A stretch of DNA of 64,000 bases from Azolla caroliniana (lineage: Eukaryota; Plantae; Polypodiophyta), in contig JBHGNT010000011.1 in the NCBI GenBank assembly GCA_043228905.1, positions 20,274,001 to 20,338,000 of the forward strand, written 5' to 3'. The translations under genes and the position numbers were made by a program. Below, one piece after another: positions 24,255-36,132 of the stretch. The notes under the pieces were generated by a model, which saw only the letters and a program-made list of their open reading frames with translations, was not told where the DNA came from and searched no databases. Within the stretch, counting starts at the first letter, position 1. Each line of letters begins with the position of its first letter.

Positions 24255-24515
24255 ATACGTAATCGAGGTATATACCTCTACGCACACGAAACATCCACAA
24301 ATAAGAGATCATCGTAATACGCAATGGAGGTATTGACCTCTTACGCATACGAGACCAAACGCATATCGTTTACAACAAATTAAGGTATTAAACTCATACG
24401 CAAACGTAACATATGTTCGTGAACGTAATACGTAATTGAGGTATTAACCTCGTACGCATACGACACTCATCACATATTATTAATATGTCAAACGAGGTAT
24501 TGACCTCGTGCACAT
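24255..24515. repeat. Array of five GAGGT-N4-ACCTC hairpin repeats in the chromovirus leader
   Basis: Cores at 24265, 24327, 24382 (degenerate), 24438 and 24494; spacing 62, 55, 56, 56 nt. Confidence 0.8.
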
Positions 24516-24763
24516 ATGTAAACGTTTTAGATAATCAATTAAAGACCACTACAACATCATTGATTTAATGAAAAAAATTACATATAAACTAAACACATGA
24601 TTAGATGGGAGAAGAGAGAATACAAAAAAAAATATGGAAAGAGTTACCGAAGTTCTTTGTTGATCGTTGTCTGGATCAAGGCCAACCGCACAATGATCGA
24701 TCAGCATCAATCAAAAGACAAATGAAAAACAAAGAAACATTAGTACAAAAATCTGATACCAAA

Positions 24764-25218
24764 TATTATAGATCAAAGTACTAATGTAAGCTTAAGATAA
24801 GGATAATGAAAAGATAGATAGAAAGGAGAAAGAGAAAGAAGGGTGCCGATCCACCCGACCACCCCCGAGCGAAGGGATCGAGACGGACTCGAGCCTCGAT
24901 CGGCGTCCCATACCACCGCCGTGGCGTCGAGTCGTACCTGGTGCTGGCGCGCTCGCTACAAGAGTTGACCCACCACACGAGCAGAGTCTCGATGTAGTCA
25001 AAAGATGATCAAATGAGGGTAGCTAGGCCTCTTATTTATAGCGAAACCCAAGGCCCCCAGGCAAGTTCACACTTGACCTAATGGGTTGTCTCAATCCCGA
25101 GGATTAAAAGTAATCCTCCCCTTCTTTACACTCTCCTTTAACCCTCACACTTATCCACGTGTATAGAATACTACGGTAAATTCTTACCACGGGATATTAT
25201 ATGGTCATGCCCGTAACA
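24764..25218 (-). repeat. 5' LTR of chromovirus
   Basis: Matches 18202-18656; followed internally by the iMet PBS. Confidence 0.95.
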
Positions 25219-25230
25219 ACATACTTCCAA

Positions 25231-25262
<32 letters not shown>

Positions 25263-25264
<2 letters not shown>

Positions 25265-27716
25265 ACGAGATATAGCAAGTTAAATTTGGTGGTTTGTGTG
25301 AGAAGCAACGATTAAAATAAGGAATCTTGTGTTGTTGGCATCCACATACTTAACACACATTGCGGGTCTTCGATTGTATTAATCATCTTCGACCTCTTCA
25401 ATCGGGTGAGTTCTGGTTGTCTTTCTTGTTCATGGAAAATTGTTTTTATCCTAGATAACTATCACATCAAGAATAATGGATATAAACATGAATCCTCTCA
25501 AATTGTGGGGGACATCGATATGGAAACAATTGATCCCAAAAAGAGTAATGTGATGGTTGAATGTAATCGTGAAAGGAAAGACATTGGAAGCTCTAAGAGG
25601 TTTAAGGGCATTGAGGAAATTAATAAGAAAAAAGCGACATATGCCGAAGTAAACATTGAGGAAATTATTGTCTGATATTGTGAAAGAAAATGAAAATGCA
25701 GCGAAAGAATGCAATGATGAGGATGTGCATGATGTGGATGTTGATGCTAAGGTAGTGTCAGAATCTTTTGATGTATTCTATGATCGTGCAGTTATATTGT
25801 TTTTTATTGGGAAACTCCCATACATTAATTGGATTAAACAATGGCTGAACACAATCGTGTCACCAAATTGTGTTGAAAATATAATGCAGGACCACGAGGG
25901 TTTTATGATGTAGTGTTTCGTTCATCGGAACATCGAAGTGCACTGTTGGCTAAAGTTCTAGTGTTTTTTGATAAACGATTGCATGTAATGCAATGGTCCC
26001 CTATTGTGGACTATCATTCTTTGTTGAAACACGAATGCCCTGTTTGGGTAACAATGGATTGTAAGCATGTTTTTTTATGGCCACTTTTACCAGAATTGAT
26101 GAGTCAAATGGGTAAAGTGTTGGTATCTCCACATGCAAATGCTACAAATAAGTGCAGATTTTGTGTGTTATGGGATACAAGTCGTAAGAGGCCAGGATGG
26201 GTGAGTATGAACATGTCACCTGGAATGAAAAGACTTTGTTTTAAATTGAAGTGGGAGACATTTGCAGGTCACTGTTTTGGATGTGGTGAATGGGGTCACT
26301 TTATGGCGGAATGACATCATCATTGTCCTTCAACTATAGAGGTTCCTAATGAAGGGAATGGTAAGGAAGGAGTTGGGAGAGATGTTGGTGTGTCAGATAT
26401 GGTGGTTGTTATGGATGAAGGAACATCATCTAGAACAGGTTATATAGAGGTTTCACTTCAAGGTTTGGGCCCTAAGAATAAGGGAACTCAATCTATGGAT
26501 ATGGAAAAACAAAATTTGGTGGTTATAGATAAGGGGAAAAAACCGTTGGATAGAACTAGTAATGATGTTGTTATTGAAAAGGATCGGCATCATGTTAAGG
26601 GCAAGTCGAAGGGCAAATCAATGAATATGCAACGTAATAGTTTGCCCACTACTCGTGAGATTACTTGCAAAAGTAATTCAGGAACTAGGGAGGGTCCTTG
26701 AAAAGTTCCTTGGCAAAGACAATTTAGGGATAAGGGATTACCCCTTCACCTTCAATTTGATTCATTGGGATGGGTTGTAAATTCATCGAATTCTCGAGGT
26801 TTTTGTCAAGCGGGAGAACCTAAACAAAAGAGTTCGATAGACAACTCTAAGGATGTGGTGCATGAAAATCCATATGCAGCATTGGAACACACTTTGACTA
26901 GTTTCATGACATCGGTTGCTCTAATGGAGCAAGTGCACCCATAACATTGTTGACTGAATGAAAGTGGTAACATGGAATGTGAGAGGGGCATGTTCTCGTC
27001 ATAAGAAGTATATATTATGACAAATTTTATTAAGAAAAGAATGGGATATATTATGTGCAGTTGAGCATAAGTGTCATGAGTTAGCAAGATCCACAGTTCA
27101 TTTGCGTGGATATTCATCATTCTATGCATGACATCTTAATAATCATTATTCAGGTGTGGTATTAATTGTGCGAGATAAGTATTTTCCTCAGGTGGTGCAA
27201 AATGATCCTTATGGTCGGTTTTTGGTTCTAGAAATCACTTTTTTTGGCGAGGTTGTGTGGGTGGTTGGGATTTATGCCCCTAACCAAGCCATTCAACGTA
27301 TTGCATGATGGGGCTCACTCCGTCAAACCTTATGTGTGCTCCGTCCAAGATTACTTATGGGTGATTTTAACATGTGTGTTGATGCATCTCAATCTACGTC
27401 TGAACATTCAATCATGGATGATCCTGAGCAACTTGCTTGGGATTCATTGGCTATGGAGGTTTTGAAGTTGGATGTTTGGACATGGTTGCATAGGAATGAT
27501 CTAGGTTTTACTTTCCAATCCGCTCAACATAGACAGACATGGAGTCGGTTAGATAGAATGTATGTGATGCACAATGGTTGTTTTTTACCGACATCACTTC
27601 GTATGACAGTTTTACAAGATGTAGGAACTTTAGATCACTTTCTTATTTGTTTGGAGATTTGTGGTCATGCAATTGACATTTATAAATCCTTACTTGGAAA
27701 GCCTCCATCACGCTTT
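25263..27716 (+). mobile_element. Degenerate L1-like LINE, 5' part (ORF1 and APE endonuclease)
   Basis: ORF1 remnants with a knuckle CFGCGEWGHFMAE. Endonuclease motifs LLMGDFNMC, FTF...SRLDRMYV and DH. Many stops; starts right after (GA)n at 25234-25262. Confidence 0.85.
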
Positions 27717-27805
27717 GTTGAGAATCAAGCTCAACTTGGTCTAGTGTGTGAACTCACCTTGAGAGTGAATAGACACTCCAACGGTCAAGAGTCACCATTA
27801 TGTCA
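27717..27805 (+). mobile_element. Truncated Copia LTR fragment of the family at 49928-50329
   Basis: Near-exact reverse complement of ~50241-50329, starting TGTTGAGAATCAAGCTCA. Confidence 0.85.
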
Positions 27806-30014
27806 TGTAAACGATTACTTGCGGAAGCGTTAGAAAAAAAACAGAGAAATTATGGAATACACAGAGTACACGGGAGAGACAGAGAGAGCAGAACGTAAAA
27901 GCTATAGTCAAAATGATATAATCACTATGTATCTACAACTGTGCTCAGTAGCACTATTTATACAAGTCCTCATGGGACTGACAAAAGTACCGCGTACTTC
28001 AATGCTCACACGAGCTTCTGACACTTACTACGAGACTATAATTGCCTAGTAGTCTACACTAGTACTAGGCTTCCGGTTACTGATTGGATCTGGCTAACCG
28101 GCTCCCCAGCTCACCGGCTCTGTTGCGTAGGGCTTACCGATCCGTCTCGCTTGCCGGCTCAGGCTTATTCAGCCGATCTGGCTCCAGTTGAGCTTGCCGC
28201 TCAACACTCCCCCTCAAGCTCAACTTGAGGTTGGATCCTAGTGTCAGTCTCTGTGGCAGTCGGTTCTTCCAACCGACTTCTTCTAGTGTCGCTCCGCCGT
28301 GCTCGCGCTCCTCGTCCGGTTCGGTTCTGTTTGCCGAGACCCCTCTTGTTCTGCGTGCCTCGACCTTCTCGGTTGGTATGTCTGCTCAATAGGCCCCTCT
28401 CAGCTCCTTCGCTGCTATGACTCCAACGCTTATCGATCCGTCGGTTCCTCCGCGATGGCATCAACTTCCGCTGCATCCGTGTCTGCTTGGCCTTGAATTG
28501 ATCCGGTTCTTCCGAATCTGTCTTTTGAACCGAACCGAATGTCTCCGATTCGTTCTAGCTCTTGTCCAAATCGGTTGCTCCCGATTCATCTTCTGGTTCC
28601 AAGCTCTTCACCACATCGGACCATGTCCGGGTCTTGGCCTTCTTCCTTCAGTCGGCTCTGTCCTTCTTGACTCAGCCACCGCTGCCGCTTGTTCCGACTT
28701 GTTTGGACGTGTCGACTTCCCTTGTCGACTCGGCTCCATCGTCTGTTCTTCCCTCACCGGCGCAATCGGCAACCTCTTTACCTTTGCCCGTTCCGGTGTC
28801 TTTGCCCGTTCTCCTCCTCAAGTGTGGCATGTCGAGATGCTGAACACCAAGCATTTCGGTGAAGTGCCACAACTTGTCTGATCCGAGCGGTTTGGTGAAG
28901 ATGTTGGCAACTTGCCAATCCGTGTGAACATACCGAAGTTCAACTTCACCGCTCAGGACCCACTCACGCACAAAGTGATAGTGCTCTTCGATGTGCTTTG
29001 TGTGAGCATGGAATACAGGGTTATTGGCGAGCTGCATACTGCTGATGTTATCACAATAAATCGGGATCGGGGTTGGTACCTCGATCCGCAAGTCGCGCAG
29101 CAGTCGCCGAAGCCAAATGGCTTCACAAGTGGCAATGGTAGCGCCCCGGTACTCAACCTTAGTGCTTGATAGAGCCACTGTTGGCTGTTTTTTGCTGCTC
29201 CAGGCAATAGCTGCGCTACCTAGGGAAAACATGTAACCGGAGGTTGATCAACGATCTGATGCATCGTTGGCCCAGTCGGCATCCGTGTAACCGACGAGCT
29301 CTTCGGGTATACCTCGCCAGTATAACAGTCCCCGGTCCTTCGTGCCACTGACATACCACAATATCCTTTGCGCGCACTAAAGGTGCTCCATGGTCGGCTT
29401 CTGCATGAACCGACTTATCATTCCGACCGAATAGCTGATGTCGGGTCGAGTGATAGTCAAGTAAATAAGGCTTCCGACAATTTGTCGGAACCGTTGCTCG
29501 TTGCAGGCCGGTCTGGAGTTGGGATGAAGCTTCTGGTTCCGGTCTAAGGGTGTGGATACAGGTCATCATTCTATCATGCCGAACTTGTACAACATATTCA
29601 AGATGTAATGTCGTTGTGAGAGCAATATGCCATCCGGGGTTTGAATCACCTCGATCCCTAGAAAATAATGAAGGTCCCCCAAATCCTTCATCTCAAATGC
29701 GTCCGACAACTGGGACTTGACATGGTTGACTTTTGGAAGACCCGGTCCGGTAATGACTAAATCATCAACATACATCAGGATACATACCGGACCGGCTGAG
29801 CCTTGCCGGATGAACAATGAAGAGTCCGATTTGGAGGCCACAAACCCCATCTCACGCAACCGGTGCGTGATCTTCGCATTCCAAGCTCGAGGGGCTTGCT
29901 TCAGGCCGTACAACGATTTCTTCAACCGGCATACCGCCGACTTGTTCATCTCCGATTGAAAACCGGGAGGCTGAGTCATAAAGACTTCTTCTTCAAGATC
30001 ACCTTGAAAAAATG
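27806..30014 (-). mobile_element. Copia element A, 3' half (RT, RNase H, 3' LTR 27806-28206)
   Basis: LKKSLYGLKQAPRAW, YVDD, AWSSKKQPTVALSS, YCDN and FTKPL motifs; PPT AGGGGGAG at 28207-28214; TG...CA LTR; frameshifted. Confidence 0.9.
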
Positions 30015-32113
30015 TGTTAAGTAATTAGGTAATTAACTAGGGTTAATTAGCGACTAATTATATGGTTACGTTAAGCAGCGGAAAATTAGTATGATATGCG
30101 CGTGAGAGTGTGTGAGAGGAAGAGAGAGAGAGAGGAAGTTACACTTGAACACAAAGATAAATGGGGGATGATTGACTATATTGAAAAGTGTCATCGCATA
30201 CAAAAATACCCACAATGAGGTATATATACAACCCATGTGCAAAGGTGCACATGTGTGGGTAGAACATAGGTACTTATGTGTAAGTCCTACATTAAATGTA
30301 CTAAGGAGTGGAGGATCTAGAATATCCCACTTAAGTACAAGGTCCTATTTAAAGGCTTAAGGTCAACACATTAACTAGATTCGATCTAGGTAACTACTAA
30401 GTTACATGTGTTGACTAACTAGATTAAACTAGTTGAGCTTGATATCTCAACACGCCCCCTCAAGCTCAAGTGTGAGGCGTCCAACGTCCGGTTTAGCTTC
30501 CTTCGGCTTCGTCGGCATCGGTGCGGCTTGCGGCTTTCTTCGCAGCGTTACGCGGCTCTCCGCGGCTTTGTTGCGCGGCTTTCTTTGCGTCTTCGCGGCT
30601 TCGTTGCGCGGCTCTCCGCGGCTTCGTTGCGTGGCGTTGCGCAACTTTCTTCGCGTCTTCGCAGCTTCGTTGCACGGCTCTCCGCGGCTTCGTTGCGCAG
30701 CGTTGTGCAACTTTCTTCGTGGCTTATTCTCCCCCTCAAGCCTGTGACGAAGGCTTGGATCCTCGGGCTCTTGTTCGGCCACTACCTTCATCGCGAGGGC
30801 ATAGTGATGGGCCATATACTCGTTGTAGGCGTAACGAGTGACTTGGGTATTCGCTCGTGATGAGCGGCGGAGTTTCTCGTTTGTCGATGTGAGCGCCTTC
30901 TTTAATCCGGGTGTCCTCATGATGGGTACATCGAACTCACTGTCTAGTGAGCGAGCCGAATCATCCGAATCACGGTCGTCGGGGTGGACCTCGACTTCGT
31001 ATTCGGGCATCTTACCTTTGTCTTTGTCCGATGTCGAACTTGGCCGCGACGTGTTTTCATCGCGTGGAGGCTCTTGTGGGCCAATTAGCTCGGTAGAGCT
31101 TGGATTGTCCTTCGGTGGAGGACTTGGCCGAGTTTCGTCGTCCGAGTTGGCGTTCAACTCTTCCTCGATCGGGTCGGATGGAGTCGCATCGGGCTTATAC
31201 CAAGATGCCGATTCGTCGAAAACGACGTCGCGACTTATCCGCACCGCTCGGGTCAAAGGGTTGAAGCACTTGTACGCCTTTTTCGCAGACAAGTATCCTA
31301 TGAGGATACATTCTTCCGACTTCGCGTCGGGCTTCTCTCGACTTTCGTTCGGGATGCGTACATTCGCAATGCTTCTGAACACCTTGAGGTGTGAGAGGAT
31401 GGGCTTCCTTCCAACGAAGATCTTGTATGGAGTAGGCTCGTGCACGCTATTTGTGGTGCATCGATTCATGAGATAGACGGCCGTGGATGCCGCTTCCGCC
31501 CAATAGAAGTTCGGCATGTGCTTCTCACTCATCATGGCGTGTGCTACCTCAAGTATTTGCCGATTCTTTCTCTCGGCTACCCTGTTTTGTTGGGGAGTGT
31601 GTCGGCATGAGAATTCTCTACGAATGCCTTCACCTTGGAGGTAGGAGGTGAACTCGTCGGAGAAGTACTCCTTTCCTCCGTCCGATCGTAGGCATCGAAT
31701 GTGCCGACCGGTTTCTTTCTCCACTTGGCTTTTGAGCCTTTGAAAGTGGGAGAGCACTTCGCTCTTCTTCTTCATCTGGTATATCCACGCGTAGCGCGAG
31801 TGGTCGTCGATGAAGGTGACGTAGTAGTGGCACCCGCCGAGCGTCGGCGTTTGAGCCGGTCCCCATACGTCCGAGTGGATTATGTCAAGGAGGCCTTTGC
31901 TCGCGGAGCTCTCCTTCGGGAATGGGAGTCGATGTTATTTGCCGAGTTGGCATGCTTCGCACACTCGGTCGACTCGTTTCGATTCGAAGGCCGGAAGTCC
32001 GATTACGACTCCCTTTGATTGCCTTCCGCGAAGCCGTTGGAGGTTTACGCGGCCGATTCGCTTGTGCCACAACTCGATGTTTGTCTCGGTCTTGAGACCT
32101 TTGGCGTACATGG
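30015..32113 (-). mobile_element. Copia element B, 3' part: integrase joined to the 3' end without RT/RNase H; 3' LTR 30015-30452
   Basis: Integrase CLRSDGGKEY...AERKNR...SRDVVFDE runs in frame into ~57-bp repeats and the PPT at 30453-30460. The LTR matches the solo LTR at 55060-55497. Confidence 0.88.
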
Positions 32114-32217
32114 TGTCATGAACAGTACTGAGACAGAGAAGGAATTAGTACTAAACGAAGGATTAGTACTATGAGATGTGTGGAACTTCTTCGAGAGAAG
32201 GAAGAAGTGAGCGAGAC

Positions 32218-32264
<47 letters not shown>

Positions 32265-32563
32265 GTGATGATAAGAAAGATATTTATTATATGAAGAGAA
32301 TATACAACGGTGGCTAAAAGGCTTAAGACTGGCGTTGAACCAATTTGATTCAACATAATGCCTAGTGCCTTCTTTTATAGTGTTTTCAGGAGTAATCCTG
32401 AAGCTTCTAGAATGTTCCAGAGAAATCTGGAATATACACTAATTTCCTATAATAAAATGTAAATGAAAATAATATCCTACGTATTACAATAGATGTTCTA
32501 ATGGTCAAGAGCTCGACCCATATAACCTAAGGTCATGGGTTCGAGTCTTGCCATATCATGACA
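32114..32563 (-). mobile_element. LTR of a chromovirus-like element (TGTCATGA...TCATGACA) with tRNA-like A/B boxes
   Basis: 8-bp inverted termini; PPT AAAGGGGGGATAG adjacent at 32564-32576; B-box GGTTCGAGTC at 32538-32547. Confidence 0.8.
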
Positions 32564-33863
32564 CTATCCCCCCTTTAAAACGACGAGTGTCACGAGTCGT
32601 CTTGGATTGAGGACTCGGTTTGTGTGGATATTGACGATGGAAGTCTTCAAGAAGAGATCCCCCAGCAACAGTACTGAGACAGAGAAGGAATTAGTACTAA
32701 ATGAAGGATTAGTACTATGAGATGTGTGGAACTTCTTCGAGAGAAGGAAGAAGTGAGCGAGACAGAGAGAAAGAGACAGAGAGAGAGAGAGAGAGAGAGA
32801 GTGATGATAAGAAAGATATTTATTAAATGAAAATAATATCCTACGTATTACAATAGATGTTCTAATGGTCAAGAGCTCGACCCATATAACCTAAGGTCAT
32901 GGGTTCGAGTCTTGCCATATCATGACACTATCCCCCCTTTAAAACGACGAGTGTCACGAGTCGTCTTGGATTGAGGACTCGGTTTGTGTGGATATTGACG
33001 ATGGAAGTCTTCAAGAAGAGATCCCCCAGCAACAGTACTGAGACAGAGAAGGAATTAGTACTAAATGAAGGATTAGTACTATGAGATGTGTGGAACTTCT
33101 TCGAGAGAAGGAAGAAGTGAGCGAGACAGAGAGAAAGAGACAGAGAGAGAGAGAGAGAGAGAGAGTGATGATAAGAAAGATATTTATTAAATGAAAATAA
33201 TATCCTACGTATTACAATAGATGTTCTAATGGTCAAGAGCTCGACCCATATAACCTAAGGTCATGGGTTCGAGTCTTGCCATATCATGACACTATCCCCC
33301 CTTTAAAACGACGAGTGTCACGAGTCGTCTTGGATTGAGGACTCGGTTTGTGTGGATATTGACGATGGAAGTCTTCAAGAAGAGATCCCCCAGCAACAGT
33401 ACTGAGACAGAGAAGGAATTAGTACTAAATGAAGGATTAGTACTATGAGATGTGTGGAACTTCTTCGAGAGAAGGAAGAAGTGAGCGAGACAGAGAGAAA
33501 GAGACAGAGAGAGAGAGAGAGAGAGAGAGTGATGATAAGAAAGATATTTATTAAATGAAAATAATATCCTACGTATTACAATAGATGTTCTAATGGTCAA
33601 GAGCTCGACCCATATAACCTAAGGTCATGGGTTCGAGTCTTGCCATATCATGACACTATCCCCCCTTTAAAACGACGAGTGTCACGAGTCGTCTTGGATT
33701 GAGGACTCGGTTTGTGTGGATATTGACGATGGAAGTCTTCAAGAAGAGATCCCCCAGCAACAGTACTGAGACAGAGAAGGAATTAGTACTAAATGAAGGA
33801 TTAGTACTATGAGATGTGTGGAACTTCTTCGAGAGAAGGAAGAAGTGAGCGAGACAGAGAGAA

Positions 33864-33900
<37 letters not shown>

Positions 33901-34118
33901 TGATAAGAAAGATATTTATTAAATGAAAATAATATCCTACGTATTACAATAGATGTTCTAATGGTCAAGAGCTCGACCCATATAACCTAAGGTCATGGGT
34001 TCGAGTCTTGCCATATCATGACACTATGAAAATAATATCCTACGTATTACAATAGATGTTCTAATGGTCAAGAGCTCGACCCATATAACCTAAGGTCATG
34101 GGTTCGAGTCTTGCCATA
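32564..34118. repeat. 364-bp tandem array (4 full units plus a partial) derived from a retrotransposon 3' end
   Basis: Units start at 32564, 32928, 33292 and 33656 and are near-identical. Each unit is PPT + ~90 bp of pol end + an internally deleted LTR. Confidence 0.95.
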
Positions 34119-36008
34119 GAAGCACTCTTGTTATGTGTATGGAAACCATCATCTAGTAGAGAGCATTGTAATTCTTTGCAAAAAGAGTTACTTGTGTCTT
34201 CTCAGTTATTATGTTGGCCAGGAAAGGAGAGATTACGCTCTCAATTTAATCGTTTGTTTCGTTTGGGGGTCAAAGAGGTGGGAGATATAGTTGAGGCTCC
34301 ATCTCAAAGAATTTTGGAGTTTGTTGAAGCACGACAATTATTATGCATTCCGCCTAATTATGGGTTTATTTGGCAACAACAACGAACTATTCCATTGATG
34401 CAAGGTCCCTTCCCTCTACAAACATGAGAACAACCGTGGATTGATTGGTGTTTAAAGGGTCAAACATCGTTGTTACAAGTGACTACTAATATTTTGTATC
34501 ATTGCTCTGTTGAGTCTCTTGGATGGTTATCATCTAAGGTTGAAGAAGAATGGGGATTACACAAATCTGATCATGGGTGGTTGCAAATCTTACAACGTCG
34601 TTGGTAGTCTAAATTGCCACTTGTAGCAAAGGTCTTCATTTGGAGAGTTTTGATTGGAGAACTGTCTTTGGGATTAGCTCTAAAGCATCGTGGACTAGCA
34701 ACGGGTAATTGCTTTTTTTGCACTGTTCAAATGGAAGATAGTACTCATTAATTTATACAATGTCCGATTGCTTCTAAGATTTGGAGTTACATTACTCAAA
34801 TTTGGCAAGTTTTATCATGGTGTTATTTGACACCTAGACAGTGGGTGTTTGCACAATTTACATGGTGTTGAGAAATGGTTGCGGAAATTTAATTCACAAT
34901 GAACAGATAGTGTTGAAATACGAATTACAGAAATGCCAGAAAAACAAGACACACAACAATGCACAGAGATTTACGTGGAAACCCTAAAACGGGGAAAAAC
35001 CACGGGTGAACAGATTCTTCACTATGGTATAGTGGATATACAATACAGAGATGATTACAACACTCTGTCGAGTGTATCAGCTGCACAGGGCTCTTGGTGT
35101 CTGCTATTACACACACAACTATGGCGCGGCTCACACTTCTCTCTCTCATACTCTCTTGCATTCTACTTCTACTGTTCTCACTCTGTTCGTCATTCTAATC
35201 TCTACCACGGGTGAACAGATTCTTCACTATGGTATAGTGGATATACAATACAGAGATGATTACAACACTCTGTCGAGTGTATCAGCTGCACAGGGCTCTT
35301 GGCGTCTGCTATTACACACACAACTATGGCGCGGCTCACACTTCTCTCTCTCACGCTCTCTTGCATTCTACTTCTACTGTTCTCACTCTGTTCGTCACTC
35401 TAATCTCTTACGCATATACACTTACGCAACTAGTTGCATATACACTTACGTAACTTTCTAGTTATTTACATACGTAGCCCTCATGGGGCGCACTCATTCA
35501 GACTATTTACAAATATAGTCTCCTGAGTTGGCTATATACACAATTCCGGATTTGGCCTCGGCCGAGTTCCTCATCAACTCGGCTCCTGTTTTCCGACTCT
35601 TCGACTGGCGGCTTTTTGAACAGTCCGATCATCCTCCCACTGGAGGGACATATTCCCAACACGCAGGTGGACCCAAAGTCAGAGATGGAGATTGTTTTTC
35701 TATTTTTGAGATATTGGGGATTGCGTCATAATTGGAATATGCGCAACACTTTTGTATTCGATGGTAGACATGGAGTGAAAGAATATCTACGAAAGTTGAA
35801 GGGAGTACTAATGTGGCAATTTTCTTTATTGGAGCAAGTGGAAATCCTTTCCTTGATGGAATGTTCGTCTTGCCTATTGGCAATTCAACATGTTCCATTA
35901 CCCACTACCCATGTAGTGTCGTGTAGTTAGTGGGTGACCATACTTCATGGTCACACCCATTGTAAGTAGTGTTTTTTACACACATTTATTAATATAATTG
36001 TGTGTTTT

Positions 36009-36012
<4 letters not shown>
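34119..36012 (+). mobile_element. LINE 3' part (ORF2 C-terminus with zf-RVT-like region), interrupted by a solo LTR
   Basis: Translates FIWRVLIGEL...NCFFCTVQMEDSTH.FIQCP...IW, then WNMRNTFVF after the LTR. Ends at (GA)n 36013-36049. Confidence 0.8.
34866..35661. mobile_element. Solo LTR with an internal ~206-bp tandem duplication
   Basis: TGTTG...CAACA termini interrupt LINE ORF2; ~35000-35203 is repeated at ~35204-35408; TSD is degenerate (CATGG/CGCAG). Confidence 0.75.
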
Positions 36013-36052
<40 letters not shown>

Positions 36053-36096
36053 AGATGGATGTAGCTAAATCATGGTGATTTAGAACATACTTCCAA

Positions 36097-36131
<35 letters not shown>

Positions 36132-36132
36132 A

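Larger units (their letters stand above)
18202..25218 (-). mobile_element. Intact Ty3/Gypsy chromovirus LTR retrotransposon
   Basis: Two 455-bp LTRs, 5-bp TSD ACATA (18197-18201 and 25219-25223), tRNA-iMet PBS TGGTATCAG at ~24753-24761, PPT at ~18659-18670, and an intact gag-pol ORF. Confidence 0.97.

Noticed and set aside
24255-24515. CRISPR array
   Set aside because: Eukaryotic retrotransposon leader, short degenerate cores, partly homologous spacers and no cas genes.
32564-34118. Retrozyme/hammerhead array, Cassandra element, or three identical 102-aa genes
   Set aside because: No CUGANGA/GAAA core, no 5S-like sequence and no PBS seen. The ORFs are by-products of the repeat and run through a microsatellite.
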